A program made the translations under genes and the position numbers. Positions 49,853 to 62,700 of a stretch of 64,000 nt of DNA are shown here, piece by piece (position 1 is the stretch's first letter; every line of letters starts with the position of its first letter). Source of the DNA: Adineta vaga (Eukaryota; Animalia; Rotifera); the NCBI GenBank assembly GCA_021613535.1, contig CP075493.1, positions 14,198,001 through 14,262,000 on the forward strand. The letters run 5' to 3'. The notes under the pieces were generated by a model. It saw nothing but the letters and a program-made list of their open reading frames with translations. It did no database searches and was not told the DNA's origin.

Positions 49853-50854
49853 TATTTTATCTGAAGATAAAAATACCACATAAATCAAGTGAAAACTTAT
49901 ATAGAAGGTGAATGAAAATGTCGGATATATCGACTATAACTATATCTATTAGGAAAATAGTATGTACAATGCAAAGCACTCCATCCAAAAGGCAAAACGA
50001 ATGTATAAATTCGGTAACTTGATTTTGTGAATAAAACAGTATGTGAAAAGGAAAATATATAGGCATCTTGCAGTATTAACAGCATTAGTGATGTCATTTA
50101 AAACAGCAGTATTAGTAATACATTTATCTTACTTAAGAAGATACCAAAATAGAGTGCGAATGAAGGGCTTGCGCCTGGGTAATAGAATAGATATGGTTGT
50201 TTTGATGAAGATAGGAGTCAAGTAATGAAAAACTGTTTTTTCTTTTTTCATTTATATTTTGTACTTTATCACAATTACAAGTATCTTCTAAGAAATATAT
50301 GCTATCTCTCCATTCAACCCATTTAAATGACAGAAAATCGTCGAAGAATAAATACACAGAAGAGTATCGAAAAACATTTGCATGTAATCTCTATGTATTC
50401 GAATACTATATTGTACCAATCCAACATGTTATTTTACAATTCTGTTTAATTCTTTAGTCATTGTAATATTAGCTTTCTCAGAATCATAACAAACAACCAT
50501 CAATGGTTCAAATTTGCCTATGTTTAAGAGTTAAGATATAGTTCAAGATTATTTTCGTTTGTAATTCGAGAATGTAAATGAGAGAATGATTTTGTTCTCT
50601 ATACGAAGATCATATTACCATCAGTCCCAAATTTGTCAGATGATTGTGTTGTCAAGTTATTATTCTTTTTTCTACAGAAAGAGAATTGTTTTTTTTTCGT
50701 AGCTATAAGAATTAATCAAACAAGAGAAAGTTATTAATTGCTAAGAGTTTTGTGTTTGTTTTGTGAAGAACAAAACTGAAAAATTCCACGTGATTCGTTT
50801 TATTCACATGAAAGAAAACGAACTTTAACAAAATTCTTGAAGCCATTTGTGATA

Positions 50855-51901
50855 ATGTCTTGTTTAATGTATTCAGGTATATTTTTGTCATTAACAAATT
50901 ATTATTTTAATTCATTTCTTTTCGTTTTGTAATAATTAGCCTTGTTCATTGTTATGATTAGTATCTATTTATTCAATATCGAACAAATTCAACGAGAAGG
51001 TTTTCAAAGCATTAAAATTGGTTTACAAATACTAATTAAATCCTTGAGTGATATTGAAAAATCCTATTTTGAAGATGACATTATGGAATCAAATCATTCG
51101 AAAGATAATAGCACTCAAGTTCAAGTGAATAAAACTGAACGTAACAATGAATACAAATGTATTGATCACCAATATAAAATTCGAATCATTTCACGAACAC
51201 CATTGATTATTTATATTGAAAAATTTTTAATTCCATATGAAATTCGACATTTAATTCAAATTGCAAAACCATTATTTCGACAATCGACAATATATGATAA
51301 TAATGGAAAACTTGTTAACAATAATTATCGAACATCATGGACAGCTGATATTGAACGTCATGAAACACCGATTGTAAAATGTCTTGAAGAAAGATTTGTT
51401 CGATTTCAAGGGAATATCGATCTTGAATATCTTGAACCATTACAAGTTGTAAAATATACATCAGATCAAGAGGTTTGAATATTTTTATTTCAAGAAACTA
51501 GTTTAATGTTATTTCTATAGTTTAAACCGCATTATGATTGGTTTCCTACTGATGATTTGATACAAAGTAGTGGTCAAAGAGTAACAACGTTTTTTACCTA
51601 TCTTTATTCAAATTGTTCTCAAGGTGAAACTGAATTTCTTAAAATTCGTTTTGATAAAGCTTTACATGAAAAGTTTTGTGATATTCTAATTTGTGATGAA
51701 AAATCATCGCAATTAGGTCTTCGATTTCGTCCAATAGCTGGAAATAGTATCTTTTGGTATAATCTAAATGAACAAGGAAAAGGTGATGCTTTAACATATC
51801 ATGCTGGTCGACCACCGAAGAACAATGGACTTAAATTTGGTTTGAATACTTGGACACGATCAAAGAAAGTTACCCCATTAAAAAGAAAAGATGTAATATA
51901 A
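50855..51901 (+). CDS. Short prolyl 4-hydroxylase-like 2OG-Fe(II) dioxygenase; 3 exons
   Basis: Exons 50855-50876, 50940-51472, 51521-51901. Motifs RTSW, EPLQVVKY, KPHYD, R..TFFTYL, GET.F, YHAG.P, KFGLNTW; N-terminal anchor. Confidence 0.88.
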
Positions 51902-51911
51902 TCATCATTTA

Positions 51912-51949
51912 GAAGGGTGTGGGTCTCTTGTATTCACACCCACACTCTC
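51912..51949. repeat. Telomere-like hairpin in the P4H 3' UTR
   Basis: GAAGGGTGTGGGT-CTCTTGTATT-CACACCCACACTCTC, 10 nt after the stop codon. Confidence 0.7.
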
Positions 51950-52884
51950 GTCATACTAGTTATTGATTATATTCTTTAAGTAATAGAGAAATAAACTATT
52001 TAGGTGAGGTTTCATCTGGTACATCGATTTTTCTCTCTGTTATTATTATTGATAGTGGATCGACAAGACAATGATAGCTGGTAACAGTGATTTCTCCTGG
52101 TCATCTTCTACCAATCCACTATCAAAATAACAAAATAGCAGAAAGGAAAAGAAAAGAAAAGAAACGAAAAGTGTGTGCACATGTTCTAGTTTTTCCTTTT
52201 TCATTACATCGATAAAAGAATTCGACGAAGGAGCGATTGATTTGTTTGAAACATAATCAAAGTTGATGGATGATTGTTCTGAGAGATGAATATTGAATTA
52301 CTCTTTTCTTTATTACCAAAATATTCAAATATAAGTGAATGGTCGTATTTTTTGTCTGATAGATAAAATCGTAAACATGTTGGAAGAATCCTCGTTAGAC
52401 ATATTTATAAATCATATTGTTTTCATCATTCATAAACAAGTTTTGTATAACGACGAAATAAGTACGTTCTTGCACTTTTCATATTCTTTCTATAACTTTA
52501 AAGGTCGATGCAGTACTTTATACTCGACAAAATTACATATCATTCTTATTTCAATTGAAAATATTATTCATCATCACTATTGGTTTTCTTGTGATTATCC
52601 AACAGCAAAATTACAAAGTCCTTGGTGGACAAAAAAGATGCTGGTGCTGCTTCTTGTTCTGATCAATCTACTACGTTCCCATTAGAATGGGCTGGATTTG
52701 ATCTTTATGTGAACCACTGCGTATAACAGCGTTCGTTGTACCATCATGATGAACAAAAGCAATTACTTGATTTTTCATTCACTAATAAATTTAGACCAGC
52801 TTACTTTTGAGATCAAAATATCAGACAAAAAGCGAAGTTTATTGATAATTATCAATAAAGAAAAAGAAAAGAAAAGAAAATTGT

Positions 52885-55577
52885 TTATTTAAACCAATTG
52901 ATTTGAACCGATTGAGTATTTACTGAATCAGGACCGATATAAATGTTGAAGACACCTTCTTCCCAAATATAATTAAGATTGGCATCGAAAAATTTCAAAT
53001 CATCTGTTGTAATAATAAACGAAATTTCTCTATGTTCACGAACTTGAAGAAATATTTTTTGAAAATTTTTCAATTCTCGTATAGCTCGTGTTACACTTGC
53101 AACTGGGTCTCCAATATACAGTTGTACAACTTCTTCTCCATCATATGCACCTGTATTACTTATAACAACACTAATATTTAGATGATCAGAATCACCATGA
53201 AGTTCAGTTTTATCTACATTCAATGGACTAAAGCTAAAAGTCGTATAACTAAGACCATAACCAAATGGATATAAAGGATCATTTGGTATATCTAAATAAC
53301 GACTCTAGAAATGAATAGTAACATTTCATTTTGTTTAGAAACGATTAATCGATATTTTGTTACTTTGTATCGGTCGAGAAAATCACTGGAATTATATGGC
53401 CTTCCTGTATTTTTTCTATTGTAATACAGTGGAATTTGTCCAACAGAACGTGGAAATGTTGCTGTTAATTTCCCAGCTGGATTATAATAACCAAAAAGTA
53501 CTTCAGCTATTGCATTTCCAGCTTCTGTACCAGCGAACCATGTTTCTAAAATTGCTGTTGCATATTGATCTTCCCATGTTAATGTCATTGGTCGTCCATT
53601 CATTAAGACAATAACGACAGGTTTACCTATTTGAAATAATGCTTGAAGTAAACGTTGTTGACAAACAGGTAATCCAATATCTGCTCGACTCGCTGCTTCA
53701 CCTGTCATACCTTGTGTTTCGCCAACAACAGCAACAATAATATCAGATTTTTGCGCAACTTGAAGTGCTTCATCAATCATTTCTGTCGCTGTTCGATTAT
53801 CTAAGATAATATGACCACCATAGGCATTTAATAATCTCAACATATCTGGATCTTCGAGAAGATTTGCTCCTTTGACATGTAAAACTTGAATATTATTTCC
53901 AAGAAGTTGATGAATACCATCAAGAACACTAACAGATTGATTCCAACTACCAGCTCCACTCCATGCACCAAGTAAATTTCTCTGATCATCAGCCAATGGA
54001 CCAACAAGAGTGATTGTCAGATTTGATCTTGCTAATGGTAATATTTGTTTGTCATTTTTCAAAAGAACAAAAGAACGACGAGCAAAATCTCTTGCTGCTA
54101 AACGATTTTCTTTTGTAAATATATCTGTATGTGCTCGTGTTTCATTAACATAATGAAATGGATCATCAAGTAAACCTAATTTATATTTCGCTTCTAAAAC
54201 ACGACGACATGCTTGATCAATTGTTTGCTTAGATACTTTTCCTTCTTGGAATGAATGATTTAATGTTCGTAGAAATCCGTCACTACCCATATCCATGTCA
54301 GTACCCGCATTCAATGCACGTGCACTTACTTCTTGTAAATTACCTAAACCATGATTAATCAATTCACCAATGGCGTCAAAGTCTGAAACAACAAATCCAG
54401 TAAAATTCCATTGATTACGAAGTAGATCAGTTAACAACCATTGATTAGCTGTAGATGGAACACCATTAATTTCATTAAATGAAGTCATAGCACTACCGGC
54501 ACCAGCTTCGACAGCTGCACGATACGGAGGAAGATAAAATTCATACATCCGTAAAGGACTCATGTCAACCGTATTATAGTCGCGTCCTGCTTCTGCTGCG
54601 CCATATAAACCGAAATGTTTAAAACATGCCAAAACCGTATCTACATCACTTAAATTATTTCCTTGATAACCGCGTACCATAGCTGCAGCTACAAGACTAC
54701 CTAGCCACGGATCTTCACCACACCCTTCCATAATTCTGCCCCATCGTGGATCATGTGCTATATCTACCATAGGTGAAAATACCCAATTGAGAGCATCAGC
54801 TGTTGCTTCACGAGCTGCAATACGTGCACTATGTTCAATTAACGACATATTCCACGTTGAACTTAAACCTAAGGGCACTGGAAAAATTGTTTTATGTCCA
54901 TGAATAACATCGAAACCAAAGATAAAAGGTACTTTCAGACGACTACTATTTATTGCAAGTTCTTGTAATTGACGAGCCGCTTTTGGTGTGTAAATGCTTA
55001 GTACAGCACCAACTTCACCACGTTGAATTTTCTTTCGTAGTGTATCACTGATAATTGGACCATTATCATTAAAATCTACACGTTCAAGATTTAATTGACC
55101 AATTTTTTCATCTAATGTCATTTCAGATAGAAGTGTATCGACAATTGATTTCATATGTTTGTTATCTTTAGTTAAAGTAATTTGCCAATTGAGTTGTATC
55201 TCTTTCAATCGTTCGTACGATAATGGTAAAGGAATTTTCTTGTGAAAGATTTTATACCCTGGTGCTGTTACTCGTAGAAGAAGTTCTTCATCGAACTGTA
55301 CTACGACATTGGTTAGATTAAAATGACCATTTGAACTTGGATGATAAAGAATCGAACATATCGATCGATGATTTGAAGATATATAGATAATTTCAATATT
55401 TGCATTACTTATATGAGTTGTACGATCAATTAAACGACCAGTGATAGATATTCGACGCACATTTTCCGTTGGAAAATTTAATCTGTTACATAATTTTTGT
55501 GATGGAATATATTCGTTTGTTCGTACTTGTAAAATAAAAGTGTGTAATACAATAGTTAAGAATATGAATGTCTTCAT
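52885..55577 (-). CDS. bglX: GH3 beta-glucosidase, bacterial BglX-like, with signal peptide and extra N-terminal domain; 2 exons
   Basis: MTLDEKIGQL, DVIHG, DPRWGR, KHFGLYGAAEAGRDYN, VSDF nucleophile, GEAASR, NPAGKL. The 59-nt intron 53363-53305 restores YKSRYLD...PLYPFGYGLSY and the Fn3-like C-terminal domain. Confidence 0.93.
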
Positions 55578-55967
55578 ATTTCAATCTCACTTATACGACT
55601 GAAAAGTTTGCAAGGCTATTCTTTAGATAAGAAAGGAAAGTTGATGAGATAACCAAAATAAGCGAATAGCTTTAAAAAACGATAAAGAATAATGTGACAG
55701 TAATGAACTAAAGTACTAAATAGTTTTTTTTCGTATTCTCTCCAGGTAAAATGAATAATATGAATTAGATCTGAATACATCTTCAGATAAACAGTAATGT
55801 AGGTGTTGCATACCTAAAAACATCTTTTTTACTTTCTAAACTGAAAAACCTTGCGTATAATAATTAATATCAGAGAAAAATCATGTTTTAATTACAGTAC
55901 TTCATTTCTAATGAGAAAATATCATCATAATATAAACTCACTTTATGCTTTGTTTTCTATTTCTACA

Positions 55968-58396
55968 ATGCCTTCTCTGAAAAGTTATTTTTTAAATCTG
56001 AATCTGTTTGCACCATTACCTGACAGTAATGAAGAAGAAACTGATCAACAACATCGATGGAATATTATTGGAACTCAAGTTTATATTTTACTTTTCCTAT
56101 TCATTCTCATTGGAATCGGTCTCAGTTTGTCATTGATGCATCAAACAATAATAATTACTCTGGAACATCCAACAAAAGAACAATTTGAACATCTTCCCAG
56201 CAATACTAAATGTTATTGTTCTCAAATTTCAATTCCATATAGAAAATTTACATCACTCGATGTTACTTTTCATCAGATTTATTCAAGTGATCTTATTAAT
56301 TTCCGAAGATATGATAGCGCTCAATTCCTAGCCATCGCTGACTTTTGTCGTTTTTCGAAAGCTGCTTAATCAAATTCAATTAACAGCATCGAATTCATTT
56401 CGATGCTGTTAATTGAGATTAATCAATAGTCTAGACACAAATGCTGTTTATTATCTTACTATTCGACAAAATATATCAAACATTGTGTTGCTTACACGTG
56501 CTTATAGACAACATAATAATTCCTCATGTCTCTGCGGAAAATCTTTGTGCATAAAGATTACTGCAACTATCAAAAATATATTTCAGACATCAATTTCGAA
56601 TAATTTTAATATTGAAGTGTTTTCTATACCACAGGTCTATCAGCTTGTTGTTATCCCGTGCATGCAATTCTCCTTTCAACTCTTGAATGTTTCTGTAATC
56701 AAACTTGTGTTGACGAACTTATTTCATATTTTCTTACAACTGAGCGATTCACAGCATTGACAATGATCAATCAAAGCCATTACAATCTATACATGCATCA
56801 GTACAATCCATAGTTGATAATCTCATAACAGAAGATTGGATGCTCAATATTTCTTATGATAAATATTATTTGGAATGTGTACCATCATCATGTACTTATC
56901 TGAAAATGTCTCGATATAGTTCAGAATTTATCATAAAGAATTGATCGGTTTAATATTGATACTTATACTGATGATTCCAACAATAATGCAAGCTATCTAA
57001 CAGTTGAATAATCGAACATCTTGACCAGAATTATCTCGTGAGTAAAATTAATTGCTTTTTTTAAAATAATAACCAACCATCTTGATTTTTCCCTTAGTAC
57101 GTATTCGTCTACATTACTTTCGAGAAGTGATTAAAACTGAATTAATTGAATTGAATCTTTTCAAACATTATCCTAGTTCTGATCGACAAATCCGTTATCA
57201 ACGATATGCAACTCGAATTTATTTCATTTTAATTCTTATTTAACTCGCAATCTCTTTCATGTCCATGTACTTCAATTTCAATGTTCTATTCACATTTTCT
57301 TACCGCTCATCCGCTATATCATCAAGTATGTTCTAGTGATTTGACGTTACCTGAATGAATCGATTATATATATTACAGTAAACGAAATGACGATCTTTTT
57401 TATATGGAATATACAGCTAATGCATCGAGTCAATTTCAATTATTAGCAATCCTTTGTCAGCAATCTCAACAAACAATTGATGATGCACTTCAAATATTAT
57501 TTCAAACAAAACTTGTCAGTTCACAAGTGATATTTTCACAATCATTTCAAATTCAAGTGAATTTATTTTTTGAAACTTGGAAATTAACAACTATAAATAC
57601 TTTTCTCATGACTATTCAATTAATTCGTGCTAATAATCAAGGAAATCAATTGATTAGTTATATGAATTCTCATATAGACCTCTACTCAATTCCTACGAAT
57701 TTCAAAATAAAAGCATCATGTCATTCACCTATGGGTATCTATGATTATAACATGAATTCAAGCACTTCTATTAGAATTTATACAATACCGAACTTTTTTG
57801 TTGGTTGTTTTCAATTAGAATCTTTACTTCTGTCTACATTGGAATGTTCTTATCATATTTCATGTATGTTAAAAATCTATAGTTATCATATTACGACTCT
57901 TCAGCCATTCAATTTTTGAAAAACAAAATAATCTTTTAATTATTCTTATAAGTATTCCGAGTATCATTGGTGGATTATCATTAGGATTTAAATTATATTA
58001 TATTTTATTGATAAAGTCATCGCTAATGAATATTCTCACCAAATGATATGACAACTATCTATTAAACGTATACCCACTTGTCAGACTGAACATCAAATGA
58101 TTCATCGATTACATTTTATTTTATTCATTATGATTCTTTCTATTCTTTACGGTTTATCTAGTTTTAATTCTCGTATAATAACTGTTCACATTGATGTATC
58201 GTATGAACAATATTTCAATGCTTGTACATCAGTATCATGTATGTATTCTTACGAAGTGAATTACGATATTCTAGAAGGAATTAACATATTAATCGAACTT
58301 TATTCTGGTTTAGTGATCATCTGTCGATTAATTTCAATATTTATCGTTCGACATATTTTATTTGCAACACATAGAATTAGTTCAACGACAAATTAA
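55968..58396 (+). pseudogene. Degraded member of a large Cys-rich multi-repeat transmembrane family
   Basis: Repeated modules (LNLF...T..YI.L, CYCSQISIPY, CYP...L.STLEC, SY..YF..C....C.Y) broken by many stops and frameshifts. Confidence 0.65.
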
Positions 58397-59781
58397 CATA
58401 TGATCTACTTCAAAGCATTTCCTTTTTTCCTTCTATTATATAATAAATATGTTATTATTAATCAATATATTAGATGATTTATGTGACACCACTCGTTTGA
58501 TTTTTAACATACGCTGAAAAATTACTTTATCTAAAAAGAATATGTGGTTATTCGAAGCTATGTCTATAAGAAATATTTTCCTTTACAAATGTTTCTTATC
58601 ATGAACAACAATGAAATAATTATATACTATCATAGAAATGAAAATATGACGTTAGTATCTTTAAATCAATTTTCAAAGTTAATTCTTTATGAAAAAAATT
58701 TCATTATCACAAATGTTCTTTTATGCGGAAAAATTTGGCGTTTAATGAAAAATACTCAGTGTCAGTATTGAATGGTACATCCTTGAATGATTATCGAAAT
58801 AAGAGGAATGTTACAACGTATAGGATTTATTTAATTATCGTTCCATAATCAAATGTCACATTCAGGTAAGAATATTTATTTTTCACCAGAAAACTATACT
58901 GACTATTTTTTCTTTCTTCCATTCAAAATTTGTTTTATTTGCTTTTTTTCTCCCGGCCAATGATTTCCAACAAATTTTAGACGTTTCTCTTCACTTCCTA
59001 TTTTCTACAACTATTTCTAAGCCATTTCCTACGTTTTTAGCGCAAAATAGTGATTTCTACTGATTTCTTGCCCAGAAATCAGTTTGTTCCACCTTGTCAT
59101 AACTACAACAGCTCTTTTACTTATGATTCAAATCACAAATATTATAAAGTACCTGTCAAAAAATCAGTAAATCTTCTTCTACAACAGACCATTAATATTC
59201 GTGGTACACTGATGAAATTCGTTCTATTCTGTCTAAAGACGCAACCATTAAACTTTCAATAGCATTATCTTACTTACAACAAGCAGTTCATCCAAATAAT
59301 ATTGCATACACATTTGTATATGATCATAAATTGACTATTCAAATTGGAAAGTATAAACTCAATTGTTTTTGTCTTTATATAATCGTATAGAATGACCACT
59401 CTTTCGTCGATACCCTTTCCGTGTATATCTTTCAAAATCACACAGCAAGTGTGGATATCATTCATTATCGTTCAAGCTTTTCGCATTTTTCACGAAAACT
59501 TCCACCTATTCACACACCTATGTATTGGTTCATGACATGATATTTTACTTTATTTTTCCAATATTTCTAATTTATCCTTCACAAAAAAACAAAAAGTGAA
59601 ATAAAGCCAACGACAAGCTAAACTTTTCTAGTGTTTCTATATACTACTAATCTCAATAAACAGTGCGTCTATTCAGATTCCACAACAATCAAACGAGTAA
59701 AACGAAAACTAAAGAAACCGATCAAAGATATGGTGACTGACTATTAAGAGTCTTTGCTTCCAATTCCACGTATAAAGAAAC

Positions 59782-62700
59782 TCACAGCGAAACGTCTTTT
59801 TCAACACTAGAAACAAGAGATAATTGATCTTTTACAAACATTTCCTCGTTATTATCCGCTGTTTTTTTGAAGTATTCTAGAGCTACCGAATGATCACCCA
59901 TATCATAATACAGTAAACCGATGTTGTTGTAACTACTGGCTAAGTCTGGATGATTGGAAGGAAGAGACTTTTGCCTAATTTCCAGTGCTTTGTTGTAGTT
60001 TTCGAGAGCTCGCGAATGATCGTCCATATCATAATACACTAAACCGATGTTGTTGTAACTACTGGCTAAGTCTGGATGATCGGAAGGAAGAGACTTCTGT
60101 TGAATTTCGAATGCTTTGTTGTAGTTTTCAAGAGCTCTCGAATGATCACTCATGTCATGATACACTACACCGATATTGTTGTAACTACTGGCTAAGTCTG
60201 GATGATTGGAAGAAAGAGACTTCTGTTGAATTTCGAGTGCTTTGTTGTAATTTTCGAGAGCTCGCGAATGATCGTCCATATCATAATACACTAAACCAAT
60301 GTTGTTGTAACTACTGGCTAAGTCTGGATGATTGGAATGAAGAGACTTTTGTTTAATTTCGAGTGCCGTGTTGTAGTTTTCAAGAGCTCTCGAATGATCA
60401 CTCATGTCATGATACACTACACCGATATTGTTGTAACTACTGGCTAAGTCTGGATGATTGGAAGAAAGAGACTTCTGTTGAATTTCGAGTGCTTTGTTGT
60501 AATTTTCGAGAGCTCGCGAATGATCGTCCATATCATAATACACTAAACCGATGTTGTTGTAACTACTGGCTAAGTCTGGATGATTGGAATGAAGAGACTT
60601 TTGTTTAATTTCGAGTGCCGTGTTGTAGTTTTCAAGAGCTCTCGAATGATCACTCATGTCATGATACACTACACCGATATTGTTGTAACTACTGGCTAAG
60701 TCTGGATGATTGGAAGGAAGAGACTTTTGTTTGATTTCGAGTGCTTTGTTGTAGTTTTCAACAGCTCTCGAATGATCACTCATCTTGTAATACACTAAAC
60801 CAATGTTGTTGTAACTACTGGCGAAGTCCGGATGATTGGAAGGAAGAGACTTCTGTTGAATTTCGAGTGCTTTGTTGTAATTTTCGAGAGCTCGCGAATG
60901 ATCGTCCATATCATAATACACTAAACCGATGTTGTTGTAACTACTGGCTAAGTCTGGATGATTGGAAGGAAGAGACTTCTGTTGAATTTCGAGTGCTTTC
61001 TTGTAATTTTCGAGAGCTCGCGAATGATCGTCCATATCATAATACACTAAACCAATGTTGTTGTAACTACTGGCTAAGTCTAGATGATTGAAAGGGAGAG
61101 ATTTTTGTTTAATCGCTAGCGCCTGGTTGTAGTTTTCAAGAGCTCTCGAATGCTCACTCATCTTGTAATATACTAAACCGATGTTGTTGTAACTACTGGC
61201 AAAGTCCAGATGATTGGAAGGAAGAGACTTTTGCCTAATTTCCAGTGCTTTGTTGTAGTTTTCGAGAGCTCGCGAATGATCGTCCATATCATAATACACT
61301 AAACCGATGTTGTTGTAACTACTGGCTAAGTCTGGATGATTGGAAGGAAGAGACTTTTGTTTAATTTCGAGTGCCGTGTTGTAGTTTTCAAGAGCTCTCG
61401 AATGATCACTCATGTCATGATACACTACACCGATATTGTTGTAACTACTGGCTAAGTCTGGATGATTGGAAGGAAGAGACTTCTGTTGAATTTCGAGTGC
61501 TTTCTTGTAATTTTCGAGAGCTCGCGAATGATCGTCCATATCATAATACACTAAACCAATGTTGTTGTAACTACTGGCTAAGTCTAGATGATTGAAAGGG
61601 AGAGATTTTTGTTTAATCGCTAGCGCCTGGTTGTAGTTTTCAAGAGCTCTCGAATGCTCACTCATCTTGTAATATACTAAACCGATGTTGTTGTAACTAC
61701 TGGCAAAGTCCAGATGATTGGAAGAAAGAGACTTCTGTTGAATTTCGAGTGCTTTGTTGTAATTTTCAAGAGCTCTCGAATGATCGCCCATATCATAATA
61801 CAGTAAACCGATGTTGTTGTAGGTGGCGGCTAAGCTTGAGTGATCGGTAGGAAGAGACTTTTGTTTAATTTCGAGTGCCGTGTTGTAGTTTTCAAGAGCT
61901 CGCGAATGATCACTCATGTCATGATACACTACACCGATGTTGTTGTAACTACTGGCTAAGTCTGGATGATTGGAAGGAAGAGACTTTTGTTTAATTTCGA
62001 GTGCTTTGTTGTAGTTTTCAACAGCTCTCGAATGATCACTCATCTTGTGATACACTAAACCGATGTTGTTGTAACTACCGGCTAAGTCTGGATGATCGGA
62101 AGGAAGAGACTTCTGTTGAATTTCGAGTGCTTTCTTGTAATTTTCAAGAGCTCTCGAATGATCGCCCATATCATAATACAGTAAACCGATGTTGTTGTAG
62201 GTGGCGGCTAAGCTTGAGTGATCGGTAGGAAGAGACTTTTGTTTAATTTCGAGTGCCGTGTTGTAGTTTTCAAGAGCTCTCGAATGATCACTCATGTCAT
62301 GATACACTACACCGATGTTGTTGTAACTACTGGCTAAGTCTGGATGATTGGAAGGAAGAGACTTTTGTTTAATTTCGAGTGCTTTGTTGTAGTTTTCAAC
62401 AGCTCTCGAATGATCACTCATCTTGTGATACACTAAGCCGATGTTGTTGTAACTACCGGCTAAGTCTGGATGATTGAAAGGAAGAGACTTCTGTTGAATT
62501 TCGAGTGCTTTGTTGTAGTTTTCAAGAGCTCGCGAATAATCACTCATGTCATGGTATAGTAAACCGATGTTGTTATAACTACCGGCTAAGTCTGGATGAT
62601 CGGAAGGAAGAGACTTCTGTTGAATTTCGAATGCTTTGTTGTAGTTTTCAACAGCTCTCGAATGATCACTCATCTTGTGATACACTGAACCGATGTTGTT

